From assembly GCF_037042905.1 (NCBI RefSeq), contig NC_087252.1, positions 8,620,001-8,684,000 of the forward strand: a stretch of 64,000 bases of DNA, in the 5' to 3' direction. This document shows positions 1 through 14,050 of this stretch, piece after piece. How positions within the stretch are numbered: the first letter of the stretch is position 1; every line of letters begins with the position of its first letter. The notes beneath the pieces were generated by a model that saw nothing but the letters and a program-made list of their open reading frames with translations, ran no database searches and was not told the DNA's origin. The translations under genes and the position numbers were made by a program. The DNA is from Lytechinus pictus. Taxonomy: Eukaryota.

Positions 1-1203
1 AAGAAAAGTATTAAATAAATAAGTGTAAAATATTTTATGACTATTTTGTCAAAATTTATCACGAAGTTGTATTTTTCTAATAAATTGTCAATTTTTGGCT
101 CGATCGCAACTTTATGTTTTCTGCCCGATTCGCCATATTTGCCCCGCTCAAAATGTTAGCCCCATTACTCCATTCCCTGTTCATACCATGAAATGACCGG
201 GAAATCTGTGGCTTTAACCCCCCCCCCCCCTTCCCCGGCCACCAACCACTGGACTAAAACTCAGCCACGACTAAAGTAATGCAAAAATTTTCGAATTCGA
301 TGACAAATATACGTTGTTGCTACCAAGCGGGGGCGCTATTACAATCTGTCCAGTGAGATACCATGGATCCTGGAGTTCTTAATATCTCTATGAATCTGTC
401 CAAAGAAAGTTTTTGAACAAAAACAATATTGTGAAGTGCGTGAAAATAATTTCATCGCAGCAAATTCCCGAAGGAGATTTGTTTAGGCCTATGTATCTTC
501 GGCCAACCTAGCTAATTTTGGCAATAGACCTACAGAGTGACTCTTGGACTAACCCCCTTCGAAATTTACGGTTGGTCATTATGATGTACGTTGTAAATTC
601 TTCAATGAAAAGCAATAGCGTTTCATTGAAGATGCACTGCAAAAGGATGGGAGGGAGGATGTGGGGGGGGGGGGGGTTGAAAATAGAGATTATGAAAATC
701 AGATATCTTTGTCGTGTAACTCTACATTCCTGTATATTTATTCATGTTATCCTATTGAGAAATATCGCCATTTTGCTAATATGAAAATATTCCATCGCCG
801 CGCACATGGCCTATGTGAAATAAATTAAACAGGCCCTGTTTCATTAATTTCACATAGCCTAATAAAATTATCGATAAGTTGGGGGGGGGGGTGAGTTCCA
901 TGAAAATTGATCTGGTGACACTGATTGCTCTGCTGTAAATTCCACACACAGATGGAATGACCAACTTCAATCCTGGATTTAACATTATCCCAAACATAAC
1001 ACTCAGCCTTACATCAAACCCTATTGCCACCCTAGCCCTATATCTTAGAAGAAATAAAGTCTGGAGCAATTGTCGCCAGAGCAAATGTCATGTCATCATT
1101 TTGAAGAGCTCCATCCGTCCCGCGCCCACCTCCATGACTATTTTAGGGAATTACATTGTATTTTAAAATGTTACTTTTAAAAATCAAATGAAATATAGTT
1201 TAT

Positions 1204-1300
1204 ATCAATCAATCAATCAATCAATCAACCAACCGACCAACCAACCAACCAATCAATCAATCAATCAATCAGCACAAACCAGGACCAACCGACCAACCAG
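1204..1300. repeat. (ATCA)n/(ACCA)n compound microsatellite
   Basis: Direct reading: atcaatcaatcaatc...aaccaaccgaccaaccaacc...aatcaatcaatc. Confidence 0.9.
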
Positions 1301-1679
1301 TCATGTACATGTTATCATATACTGTCATGTACTATGCAATTACAATAAATGATTATTTGATTTTTTTTTGGGTATCAAATTCCCTTACGATTGACGTCAA
1401 GGAAATTTATAAAATCATTTTTTTTTCCACAGACTTATCGTGGCATAGACTTTATTCGCATTTAGGGACACCAGTGTCTGTCGAATTAACAAAAAAATTG
1501 GGAAGTTTTTTTTTCTAAGATTAATGCAGATCGGGGAGCGTACTTTATGAAAGGATTTGTCAGATGTTTTATCCGAAAGTTTCTATGGTAACAGTGCCTC
1601 TCAGTCAATCATGATTAAAGAAAGTATTCAGACCTGAGAAAATGTCGATGAAACCCCGTGGATAAATGTTTTTAAGATT

Positions 1680-3031
1680 CAGGGGCGGTGATACTTGGGG
1701 CCGGGGGGGCACAGTGCCCCCACTTTTTAAAGCACTGAAATGTGCCCTTTTTAAGCAAGAAAATATCCCCTCACGATGTGCCCCTTTCACCTGAGAAGGA
1801 CCCGTTTTATGTGTGAGCAAGTGCCCCATTGCCTTTTTTGTAAGTGCTCTCTCTTGAATCAGTGCCCCCTTTTTTCAAAGAAAAGGGGCCCTCACGAATG
1901 TGTCTTGTCATTGCCCCTTTCACCTATGGAGAACCTGTTTTATGTGTATATCATGTGCCCTTTCTCGTATAATTTTTTTTTCTTTTAGCGAAAATACCCC
2001 TTCTCGAAAGTGTTCTGTGCCACCTTCAACTGAGAAGGTCCCGTTAGTGCCCCCTTGTCATTTCTCGATTCAGTGCCCCTTTTACCCAATAAATGGGGCC
2101 CAACACGAACGTGATCTGTGCCCCTTTCACCCGAGAAGGATTTGTATGTGTCACCCGGTGAGCAAGTGCCCCATTGCCTTCTTGTAAGTACCCTTCCTCG
2201 AAACAGTGATCTTTTTACCCCGTAAAAAAGTGAAAAGTGCCCCGTAAAAACGTCTTCTGTGCCCCATTTACCCGAGAAGGGCCCATTTTATGGGTTAACG
2301 AGTGCCCCTTTGAAACAAGAAAACAATATTCTCATTAATTTTGTGTAATTATGTTACTGTAAATCTTGTAAGGATAATCCTATGTGATTTAGGCATCACG
2401 TGGTTGGGGTAGATAAGCAGAGGCGTACGGATAGGTGGGGGGGGGGGGGGGCGCATTTGCCCCGTCCCTCCCCAAAATTACCACGACCATGAAAACAAAG
2501 AGAAAAGGAAAGAGAGAAATGGGAAATATGATTTATTTTCGGAATATTACTTGTCAAAATTTATCATAAAATTGGATTTTCGTTATAAAATGTATTTTTT
2601 TACTCGCTTGCAACTTCTAATAAATTGACATGATACAACATAAATTAGATTAGATTTATTTATTTCCGTCCAACATTTTTTTTCAAAATATAATCAAAGT
2701 AACGATACATATTCAATATAATACAAACAGATCAATGAAATTTCGTAACAAATGTTGAATATAAATTAAACAAAACTACAATGTGTTGCAATAATTTTAT
2801 CTATGAAAAGAACGGAGGGACTTGCCAAGAAAAGCAAAAGCTTGTAGAGAAGGCTAACCCCTGAACTTAGTTTCAATACTATCTAACCCCTTCAAAATTT
2901 TTGCCCATTACGCTACTGAAGTCATTTTTGTTTGTTCTAAGAAAGCGCCCTTTTCGAAAGAAAAGGTGCCCTAGTTTTATTCTTGTGCCCCCCCCCCCCG
3001 GCCCCCACTCAACTTCGCTCCGTCGCCCCTG
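1680..3031. mobile_element. hAT-like non-autonomous element with internal GTGCCC-rich tandem repeats and a nested CAG..CTG element (~2418-2918)
   Basis: Termini CAGGGGCG (1680) and CGCCCCTG (3031); degenerate 8-bp flanks TTAAGATT / ATAAGACT; repeated 'gtgcccc' modules ~1710-2310. Confidence 0.55.
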
Positions 3032-3250
3032 ATAAGACTCAATACTTGGGGAGCCGCATGAAAGGACTTGTCAGACGTTTTATCCGACATTTCCCATAGT
3101 AATATTGCATCTCAGCCAATCAAAAGAAGGAAAACTGCCAGATCTGACTACTTCGGACAAAAATGTTGATGAAATTACACTCCCCTGATCTGAAGAGAGA
3201 ATAGACTACTATGACTATTATGGTCAACATCAACTATAATGCTAATTTCT

Positions 3251-3390
3251 CAAGATGGCGCTATACCTTCATCAAACGAAATCGCTACTGTTTACCGGTA
3301 TAATGGCGCCTGTGTAATTGGAGGCGTCATGTTTCTAGGATCAATTATTGGGATTCATGATCTTGAAGCAACGGTGTAACTGCAAACTTG
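3251..3390 (+). promoter_or_regulatory. Candidate TSS region / non-coding first exon of the DIXDC1-like gene
   Basis: YY1-type CAAGATGGCG at 3251-3260, consensus donor TTG|GTGAGT at 3391, CpG/GC-rich stretch ~3500-3720 just downstream; the 19263 exon has a splice acceptor and needs an upstream exon. 5' boundary is approximate. Confidence 0.55.
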
Positions 3391-4639
3391 GTGAGTGTGA
3401 AGTGTATACTGTGTATGTGTGAACGTTGAATGTGATGAGTTGTTAGTTTAACAGTAAATTTAGAAATAATTTGATTAGAAACCAGCTTAAATAATTAATC
3501 GGTTGCATCGTAATTTTCGAGTGTTTGAGCGGAGCGCGGTCGGGCATTGCCGGCGAGCCGGGAGGGGAGGAAGTGGTGTGAAAGGTACCTCACTGCACTG
3601 GCTTAGGCTAGTGCCTGGCTGGCGCACGATACGTATGCTACAGTGTCTAACGACAAAAAACGAATCATACTCTTACTCTTAGACTTAGATTGGTTTTCGG
3701 GCTCAGCCGCCTGAAAATCTTAATCTTTTGAGTTGCAGTTCTTGATCCATGTGATTGGTGATGATGATATCACATGATGTCGTGAATCTGAATTAGACAA
3801 AGCCTCAAACATTGGACGGTTCCAAATATCGGATGAAAATAACTTCAACTCCCTCCCCAGGCACAGGCCACATTTACCCGCACTGGCAGGGAAATTTTGC
3901 ATGCATGAGATAAATTTGTTTGAAATCATGATTCTAGTGTTAAAAAAGTGACACATAAAGACGCCCTTTTTACAGTAGTACAGTACCAACCTCTCATGAC
4001 ACGACGTAATAATATGTCGCGATTTTTGGTCTTGTATCCTTACGATCGTCTTGATATGTCAGGAAATGTTTCCTTTCAATTTAAATGCGCAGGTAAAGAA
4101 AGGTCGGCACACTTTCTAACACTGTTTTTCATGATTTCCGACTCGAGACCCCTAGTGACCAAAGATAAAAAATATCGACTGCAGAAATTTGATTTTATTG
4201 CCATGCTTTATTTTTCACGTTTAAACTCTATGAAAATTTTAGGTCACCGAAATACACAATTTGTACCATTTATTTTTGTTGCAATGTGGAAAATACTTTC
4301 CAATCAGTTAATTCGAAATTCTAGCAACCCAAAATAAATTTACACCAACTTGAGGACTGAGGAGTCATCACATTGTCGCCACGCTGGTTTCCATGTGACT
4401 CAAATCACCAGGTCCATTGGTTAGGCTGTTCCTGAGGCTGTTTAGTGTATACATATACATTAATGTCATTGATGAAATGTCTGGTAGGTATTTCTGTTTA
4501 CTTGTACTGTTGATAGATGCCCGAGATATTTTAAAGCTTCAGGGCCTAGGCATCAATGCAAGTTCAAATTTTAGCCATCATCAATATCATCATGATGTAC
4601 ATCACTTCATTCACATCTACAATGTATGGGGGGGGGGGG

Positions 4640-4798
4640 TAGTCTGCTGGGAAAACCCTTCACTCGAGTTAAGGGTCTGAATGTGCAGCCTACTCATGCC
4701 TTGTGTACTGAAGGCTCTCAAGTTTTGTATGTGCTAGTCTTTGTGTGGAGGCACACTTGTTGATCAAAGTTCCAATCAGGGTCTGTGCCTGCAGACTA
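4640..4798 (+). mobile_element. Short AcademH-like MITE, copy 1
   Basis: TIRs TAGTCTGC...GCAGACTA; sits inside a poly-G run, compatible with a 9-bp TSD; nearly identical to 7432-7600. Confidence 0.65.
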
Positions 4799-5031
4799 GG
4801 GGGGGGGGGTGACTAATATGAAATTCCATCCCCATCTTCAATGAAGCCTATTCTTCACAGTATCATCTCTTCAAAATTTTAAAATTGTAAGGTAGGTGTA
4901 TCAACTTGTAATAACTTAAAATTAGAGGTAGGGTTTAGTGTGGAATTAAACAAATATTGATTTATGAAATATTTTGAATTAAATTATTTAATTAATAATT
5001 TTTTCTAGAAGTCTACTTCTACGTGTAGATC

Positions 5032-5066
<35 letters not shown>

Positions 5067-6569
5067 GGGGGGGCATTTAGAGTACATTTATATGTCACAG
5101 TTTATATTATAATATGAGTCCCTCTTTAGGATGAATCGATATCTGCATCTGGGTAGTAGTACCTCAGTTCCACCCCCCTCTAAAAATGAATAGAAAAAAA
5201 GTTTGAATGGAGTGCAATTTTACTGCCATGACTGCCCTTGTTACTTCCAAAGTAATAAAAACATTTTTATCGATAATTATTTCCAAAGAAAATATAAAAT
5301 TATTTTTCATTTTTTGGGTGTGAATATTATTTTTAAAAATGTTTCCTTTGATGACTCCCCCATATGCACATTGGCTTAAAGTTTGGTACCTTTCGAAATA
5401 ATGACTTTTTGAAAGCTGGGAGTTCCCCGAGTTCAAAAACGATTTTACACTTTTTATGGTAATACCCCCTAACTTTGGAGTAAAATGCGACTGAATCGAC
5501 CCTAAAATTCCACTAAATTTTGTCTTACAGAACAAAGCAATAGATCAAAAATAATCAGGGAAAAAAAATCAAATTTTTATATAAAGATGTCAAATATTCT
5601 TACATGTACCTTCATTTGAAGCTATCTTGCTTGTCGTACAATTCAAAACTCGTTACGAAATGACCCTGGAAGTGGAAGCTGTACAAGTGCTTCTGCGGAG
5701 AGGAAGGCAAAGCTCGAAACACTCGTTCACTGAAAAAGGCACTCGTAAAACCTCATTTATTTTTATATAAGATGACTTAATTTATTCAATAAACATCATG
5801 AAATGAGAGATAGTTCTATGTATTTTCTAAGGGTCAGTGACATAAAACAAACATAAAACGATATTTGACTCACATAACTTGAACAGAGGCATACATGTAC
5901 ATTGTGTGTTGTCAGAATAGACCCCCTGATTTTGCCGTTCGTTTGGCGTCGCTACTAAGGTGGTCTGTTATCCCGATGTTGTATCATATAACGACTGTCG
6001 CATGTTATCAGGATATGTACTTCCCATCCGTTATAACGACCGAGGCGATCTAATATTATCACAATGGTCATGTTAGTGAGCGACGGTCATGAAATATGAG
6101 ATTGGTACTGTACTGTTTTGATAGTTGACTAGAGTAAAGTCCCGAAACATCGGACGGTTCCAAATATTGAACGAAAATGACTTCCACTCCCTCCCTTTAA
6201 CTACAGGGACCCGCACTGGCAGGGGACTTGCATGCATAATATACATGAACACCTGCTATTGAACTGCGCACACACAGTAGAGCCAAGCTGCTGCTCAAAA
6301 AAAAATATTCCAGGGGTTAAATCCAGGGGTAAAATCCATGATTTTGACTAGCAGAGATTCTTGTGACCCTCGCTAATTATGGACTCCAAAAGATCGATTT
6401 CCAAAAAAATATCTCGTCAGGGGGAAGTGATTTCCGCCGGAAATATCGCTGCCGAGATTGCACATGTTCGATCTATCGCATAAAAATCTGCAATGGCCTC
6501 CGCAGGGGCTCCTTAGGCCGGGAAAATTGACACCCTTCTAAAATATTGCACGATCCCAAACAAAGAAAT

Positions 6570-7117
6570 TGAGTAAAATTCACAGAGCAAAATGCTGACA
6601 ATTTCACCAAAATCGGGCAACAAATAACAAAGTTATTGAATTAAAAATTATATCAATATTTTGTGAAAACAGTTATATGCACATCGTCATGAATATTCAT
6701 TAGGTGGGCTGATGATGTCACATCCCCGCTTCCCTTTTTCTTATGTTTTTACATGAAATCATAAATGTTTCATTTTTTCATACATGTGTATAAAATGATG
6801 TGTCTCCATTATGATGAAATAAGTTGCGGCAAGAAATCAGTTGTCAGTCTAACTTTAAGTGGTAGAACATTTTTGAATAAACCTAATGTCATATAATAAA
6901 ACCCAAAAAGCAAGTGGGGATATGACATCATCAGCCCACCTGATAAATATAAAGAACTGTTTCACCGGAATAATGCAAATCTTTAAAATTCACTTCGTTA
7001 TTTGTTATCCGATTTTGATAATTTTGCTTTGTGAATTTTGCTTTGTGAATTTTACTCTATTTATTGACTCATGAGATACACATACATGTATAAATATCTT
7101 CAGCCAGGACCACCCCT
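6570..7117. mobile_element. Kolobok-like non-autonomous element, one end missing
   Basis: Ends cagccaggaccacccct|TTAA; body is homologous to 22789-23683 (atgaatattcattaggtgggctgatgatgtcac... and its inverted counterpart). Confidence 0.7.
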
Positions 7118-7431
7118 TTAAGATCAGTCTAAGGAAATCACCAAATACATTTGTACAAGTTACAGTTATTCTGCAAATGTTATTGTTTTCCAATTCTTTA
7201 CAGAACTATATTGTACTGAATCATGCTCATACAGGAACAATTTATATAGGCCACATGTGACATGTACATCCTGTGAATATTTTTCTTTCCTTGGACCTTT
7301 ATTAGAATAACACTTCTTCATCAAAACATGTCTTTGACACTTGTCGTTCATGATGTAAAAAAGGCTATTTGGTGCACTTACATGTAGGTCTATATTTGTA
7401 CACATACAATATAGTGAATGAATGTTACACC

Positions 7432-7600
7432 TAGTCTGCTGGGCAGACCCTTCACTCGAGTTAAGGGTCTGAATGTGCAGCCTACTCATGCCTTGTGTAC
7501 TGAAGGCTCTCTCGCTCAGGCAAGTTTTGTATGTGCTAGTCTTTGCGTGGAGGCACACTTATTGATCAAAGTTCCAATCAGGGTCTGTGCCTGCAGACTA
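7432..7600 (+). mobile_element. Short AcademH-like MITE, copy 2
   Basis: TIRs TAGTCTGC...GCAGACTA; flanks TGTTACACC / GGTTACACC (9-bp TSD, one mismatch). A degenerate inverted relative lies at ~21530-21630. Confidence 0.7.
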
Positions 7601-7805
7601 GGTTACACCTACGGTCTATACACATGTATGACCATGCAGCATTCATTCTGCAAAATCAAACAAATGAAAATTAAAGTCCTTTCTCAGTAGGATTTATTTT
7701 TTGCTGCATTTTATGTGAAGTTTTGCTTATTTTTTTCCATTAGACTTAAAATGTAAGTATCCAGAAAGTCTCCTATACATGTACAGTGTAAGATAGAGAT
7801 AGCTA

Positions 7806-8555
<750 letters not shown>

Positions 8556-9223
8556 ATTTCAGGATCAAAGGACCTATCTTGAGGGGAAATAACAGAGCTC
8601 TGAGTCTGCTATTAAAAGTTCAAAATTCATTTTCACAATTCATTTCATGAAAACATGACAAAGTACATGTACAGGCCTTGTCAGTTTGTACATATGTAAG
8701 ATTAATTGGAATGGGTTTGATGTACATGTTTGTGTAAGTCACAATCCTTGAACTCGTCCCAAGGCTTAATTATCTCAGCTTCTTAATTTATCTAACCTGC
8801 TCAAAAGGAGAAGAAAGAAAAATAGGTCAAGTGTAGTGCAAACTGTGCAATAGAAAAATAGCCTATAGGACAAAGCAGAAAAGAGGACAGCAATAAAGCT
8901 ATTTCTCAGGCTATTCTCCAGGAACTGTTGTTTGTTGTGGACAGGACTTTCTAGACCATGTAATGGGACAACAAAAGTGGTTCCTGTAATTGTTCCCCTT
9001 TCGCTGGAGTCCGTTAAGGACCTCTAAACCACTAGAGTAGCATGGGTCTCTATCTATTGATGGCAAACATTGCCCTGACAACAATAAACCAATTCTGATG
9101 GCTTTTTTTCTTTAGTCGGCTGGTGCACACCATGAGATCCACTTGAGCTCTTTCTGATATGAACATTACAGCCTGTATGTCAATGATCAAAGGTTCCAAT
9201 AGTGGTATAACTCGTAAAACCAA

Positions 9224-9604
9224 TACCCCTTTCATAAACCCAATTATGCGGCTAATAGCAGCATAATTTGGTCATAAAATCGGGAGGAGGACCAGAGTTA
9301 TCCGCATTATTTTGATGCTGCAATTATCCGCATAATAGCGGCATCGGGACCAAATTTTGATTTTATGAACGCATTTCCAAATAATGCGGATAATTGCCAT
9401 GGTGCGGTCACAAGGTCACCCTTTTCCAACACAACCGCATCGGAGGGGGCGTGTGCAGTTGTCATGACGATTATCCGCCTTTTTCAGGACAGGCGCTTGT
9501 AAAAATAATGCGGATTATTTTCGGAGTTTGTGAACGCAATTTTTATTGAATTATCCGCATTACTCTTAGGCGGCTAATTGGAGGATGGGTTTATGAAAGG
9601 GGTA
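9224..9604. mobile_element. MITE with 3-bp TSD (PIF/Harbinger-like)
   Basis: Perfect TIR TACCCCTTTCATAAACC / GGTTTATGAAAGGGGTA; CAA on both flanks; internal ttatccgc/gcggataa motifs; CpG retained. Confidence 0.8.
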
Positions 9605-9741
9605 CAAAATTACATGCACTGGTATTACATAAATTTTCCTTAATCCTGGGAAATGGGTACCTACATGTACATGTATACGGCCAAGGGGGGGGGGTGGGCA
9701 GGGCGGGCCTTGGCCACACCAATTTACAGTTCCACACTACA

Positions 9742-10259
9742 TTATACAAATAGCGAATAGGCATGAGTGCGATGGTGCGAGATTTCGCATGAGGTGAAAG
9801 AAAGATGCTCTATTCAACGAGGCGTTAGCCGAGTTGAATAGAGTGTTTCTTTCTTTCACCGAATGCGAAATCTCGCACCATTGCACGAATAAGAATATTC
9901 GCTATTTGTGTTGTACAACGCCTCGGAAATTAGCAAAAATATGTAAAAACAAAGAGTTTTTCCTGCAGTAATCTATGAAAAGGGAGCAAAAATATGGAAA
10001 GCGAAAAGCAAAATCCCACATAAAGCGAACACCTCGGGCAGCATTGCGCATTTAGCCAGCAGGCTATACGCGTATTGCACCTGCATTTTTACTGAGCGCA
10101 ATGAATTGAATCGTATTGTGACGTCACCTCCTAAGCCGTGCAACGGTACATTTTGGACGGTACATTTTGGATGGTACGTCTTTTGTGCAACGGTACGAAT
10201 GTTTGACATTCAGCCTCCCATTTGCTCGCGTACAACAAGCTAAGTAGGCGTTGTACAAT
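9742..10259. mobile_element. Crypton-like non-autonomous element with two fold-back segments
   Basis: Long palindrome 9746-9909 centred on gaggcgttagccgag; second inverted pair TTGTACAACGCCT (9911-9923) / AGGCGTTGTACAA (10246-10258). Superfamily is inferred from architecture only. Confidence 0.55.
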
Positions 10260-12798
10260 ATTCCATAGTGGGCTTGCACGGTATTATAGTTCGGTACTAT
10301 CAGGCCTTGCTACATTGTAAAAGGCAGGGTTAGCCGGCTTTATATGCATTGTTGTTGCTAAGAACTGCAGTCTGAAACCAAATTGTGTTTATATTAAGTG
10401 GGGCTAATCATTAGCCAAAGTTGAAATTGCACATTTATTTATTTGTTTATTTCATTTTTCTTTTACAAGGGTAGCCCCTTCAGTTACTTAAACTGATTTA
10501 CAAGAGAGCCCTGGGAATGATAATAGACATAAATCACGCCCTGTGCGGCAAAATCATAATTATTCACGAGCTGTGCGATAGTGCAGGGTTAAGACGTTAA
10601 CCTCGGATAAGCGAACAGTAGGCCTATTAGTGGAGCGGTTATGTGACAAAAAATGGCCAAGATGCTCGGATCTGGCAGAAAGTGTGAAATTTGGCATACA
10701 GGGGTATTTTTGGGCGCTGATTTCAAAAATTGCCGGCCCCAAGCGATTTGACCATCGGGTCGGCCGCCATTTTGAAATCCAAGATGGCCGCCATGAACTA
10801 TCATTAAATGTCAATTTCTTGAGTTTTACATGGCATGTGACACTGAAATTTGGTATGTTGGGGTATTTTTAGGCACTGATTTCAAATATTGCCGGCCCCC
10901 AGCAATTTGACCACTTGGTCAGCGGCTAAATGGCCGCCATTTTGAAATCCAAGATGGCCGCCATGAAAAATCATTAAATGTCATTTTCTTGAGTTTTACA
11001 TGATATGTGAGACTGAAATTTGGCATATAAGCTTAATTTGGGGTGCTGATTTCGAATATTGCCGGCCTAAAGCGATTTAGCCATCGGGTCAGCCGCCATT
11101 TGAAATCTAAGATGGCCGCCATGAAAAATCATTGAACTCATTTTCTTGAATTTTACATAATATGTGCCACTGAAATTTGTAGTATATCGGTATCTGGGTG
11201 AGTTCATTAAAAAAATTGCTGGCTTCAAGCAATCTGACAATAAGCCAGTTCACGGTTAGCTCATGATCAACTTTTCTCAAATGACCTTTGTGATTTTTCA
11301 TTAGGATAAGCACTATCATTTTCAAATGTAGATGTTGCGTAAGCTTACCGGTAGAGTATTCAAATTCTAAGAACAAAAGGCATTGTATAGACCAGGTGAC
11401 TAGAATAGTACATCAGGGATAAAGTTTGGAAATCTGTTTTATTGTCTGCCTTTGGCACATTTGGCTATTGTTTAGGCTACTGTCAAATACCAGTGAATGT
11501 GAAAGCTCTATTTATTACTCTTCAGCTTGGATGTGATAAATATTTTGAAAGGAATACATGAATAATCATCAAATCACAAATGCCTATGTCAGTGAATTTG
11601 AAAGCCACCTTCATGGTTGTCTCCAATGACCTTTTTCTGCTCGTGCACAGTTTACAACCGTGAACAGGCTTATTGGTCGGCGGAAAAATGGCCATCATCT
11701 TGAATTCGAAGCTGGCTGCCATAGAAATATTGCAATTATTTCGTTGAGTTTTATATGATCTGCGGTATTGCATTTGACATATAGAAGTAGTGTGGGGAGC
11801 TTATTTCAAATATTGCTGGCCCTCAGCGGTCTGATCCCCTGATTCGGGCTTATACGGGCCAAAGATATTCATTCGAGCCAACCCATTTAATTCTCCATTT
11901 TTAATTTTGATATTGCTGATTGACAAAAATGAATGAATATGATTGATATTCTAACACTGATTCTAGGGAGGGTAACTTAACTGAACTTCCTTTTTTTTCA
12001 AATTGGGAAGATATATCACCACTTTGGAACTATTTCTATACTGGCGGGAGAAGTATTGCCATTTTACATTCTCAAGTGATGAATTTGATCCTGTCAGGTG
12101 TAGTCTTCATAAATGCCTTATTTTTAAAATTAGCTTGCCGAGGTACCCTTTTCTGGTCAGATATGGAATGTCAGACATATATCCTATCCACTCGACAGGT
12201 TGTAAACATTCAATTCTCGAATTTCATCCTTATTTTTTTTTAGAGCGCCTCTTTAACACACGAGTCTATGGGAAATGTTTTAGGCCCGAGATACCTCAGC
12301 TGCAAAATGGCAGCCATCTTGAAATCCAAGATGGCTGCCATAAAAAAATCATTAAAAAAATCAAGTATCATAATTATAACGTACACTGTAGGTATTATTT
12401 TGAAATTTGGCATCTTGGGGTATTGAAATTTCCCCCCAGTAATCTGTCCAATAGATATGCTGCAAAATGGCCACCATCTTGAAATGAGGATCGACTGTCA
12501 TGAAAATTAATTAAAATTATTTTCTTGAGTTCTAAATAATTTGAGGCACTGCATTTTAGACATACAGGCAGGTTTTGGCCTGCTGGTTTTAGAATATTGC
12601 TGCCCCAGTGATTGATCCACCGTGTCAGCTGAAAATGACCGCCACTTTGAAATATAAGATGGCTACTACGAAATATCTTTCAAAAATGTTTTCCTGAATT
12701 CTGCATTACATGTGACACTGTAAATAGGTATTATGAAGCAAAAACTTGTATTGTATGTTAATTTCAAATATGGATAGATTATGAACATACAACACATA

Positions 12799-13373
12799 CC
12801 CGGGGGGGGGGGGGGGGCCACTTCCATTGGCGAGTGGATACCATGCACGACCATGGGGTCTCGAAAAGCACCCTAAACACGTATTTTCCATATTCTGAAA
12901 ATGCACCCCTTAACAAGTATTGGCGTGTGAAACATTACCCTTAACAAGTATTTGAAACAAAACGATACTCTTGGCAAATATTCCCTGAAATGAACCCCTA
13001 AACAAGTAGGCCTACAGCGATATTTTATTATGTCACGGGTCCGTCGGTCGTCGGTTTTACCTTTACACACCATTTGGTTAAGTACGGCCCCATCTTCCAC
13101 ACCTCGCGCAAATCGGACTCTAAACACGTAGTGTTAGGGCAAAAAGGACATCCTTTATAAAATATTCAATTTTGTTTTATCATCCCCGCAAATTTGACCC
13201 TAAACACGTAGCTTTCCTAGCGAAATAGATACCCTTTTTTCATTATTTTTGTGTTTTTGACACCCTTATCACGTTACGTACGTAACGTGCCCTATCTTGA
13301 AAAAGACATCCTTTTTACGTGTTTTTTTGGTCGCGCATGGTATCCACTCGTCAATGTAAGTGGCCCCCCCGGG
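12799..13373. mobile_element. MITE nested in the Academ-like element
   Basis: TIR CCCGGG(G)nCCACTTCCATTGGCGAGTGGATACCATGC matched inverted at the right end; perfect 8-bp TSD AACACATA (12791-98 / 13374-81). Superfamily unassigned. Confidence 0.85.
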
Positions 13374-13773
13374 AACACATAACACACTTTATCTGCCATT
13401 TTAAATTCCCATATGACCCATCATGACACAAAGGACATGATTACCTAGCTTTATTAGTTCTAAATATTGATTATTGTGGGGGGAAATAATTACAATATGA
13501 TAGCACGAATCAAAATTCATGTATGGTATAACTGATGGTAATCCATTTATTATTGCTATCAATCATTTATATGCTAGACGGTTGATAGCGAATCTTACAG
13601 ATCTCCAGGAATTACTTTGGAACGATTCAATTGATAACCATCGTGTGTTCGACAATCTGACAATGGGAGCATGTTCGCCTCACAATCAGGAGATCAAGCT
13701 CCGACAGCATCAGACCAAAATATGTTAAAAGAGGCGGAGCTGCTTCTACCCTGTTTGGCGGTCAACGAATTAA

Positions 13774-14050
13774 AGGGGAAGTTCACCCTGACAAAAAATT
13801 ATTGAAACAATAACAGAATAAATAATGAAAAAAATATTGAAGGTTTGAGGAAATTCCATCAAATATTTAAAAAGCTATTGGAATTTCATTTGGTGTAATT
13901 GTGACCTCAGATGCAAGCAGTTCCCCCATGTTTCTTATAGTACAAAAATCAATGAAATGTAGCCTCCTAAAAAAAAATGAAAATGTTTTTTATTGAACCC
14001 TCAGTATATCAACAAACAAATGATTTCACACCCGCTCCAGTAAGAAAAAA
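13774..14050 (+). mobile_element. Kolobok-like 5' fragment nested in the Academ-like element
   Basis: TTAA|AGGGGAAGTTCACCCTG start similar in style to other TTAA-AGG elements here; no matching end found. Confidence 0.45.

Noticed and set aside
11230..14050. Transposase inside the Academ-like element (ORFs 12003-12482, 13519-13728)
   Set aside because: No recognisable transposase motifs; ORFs run through decayed repeat units.
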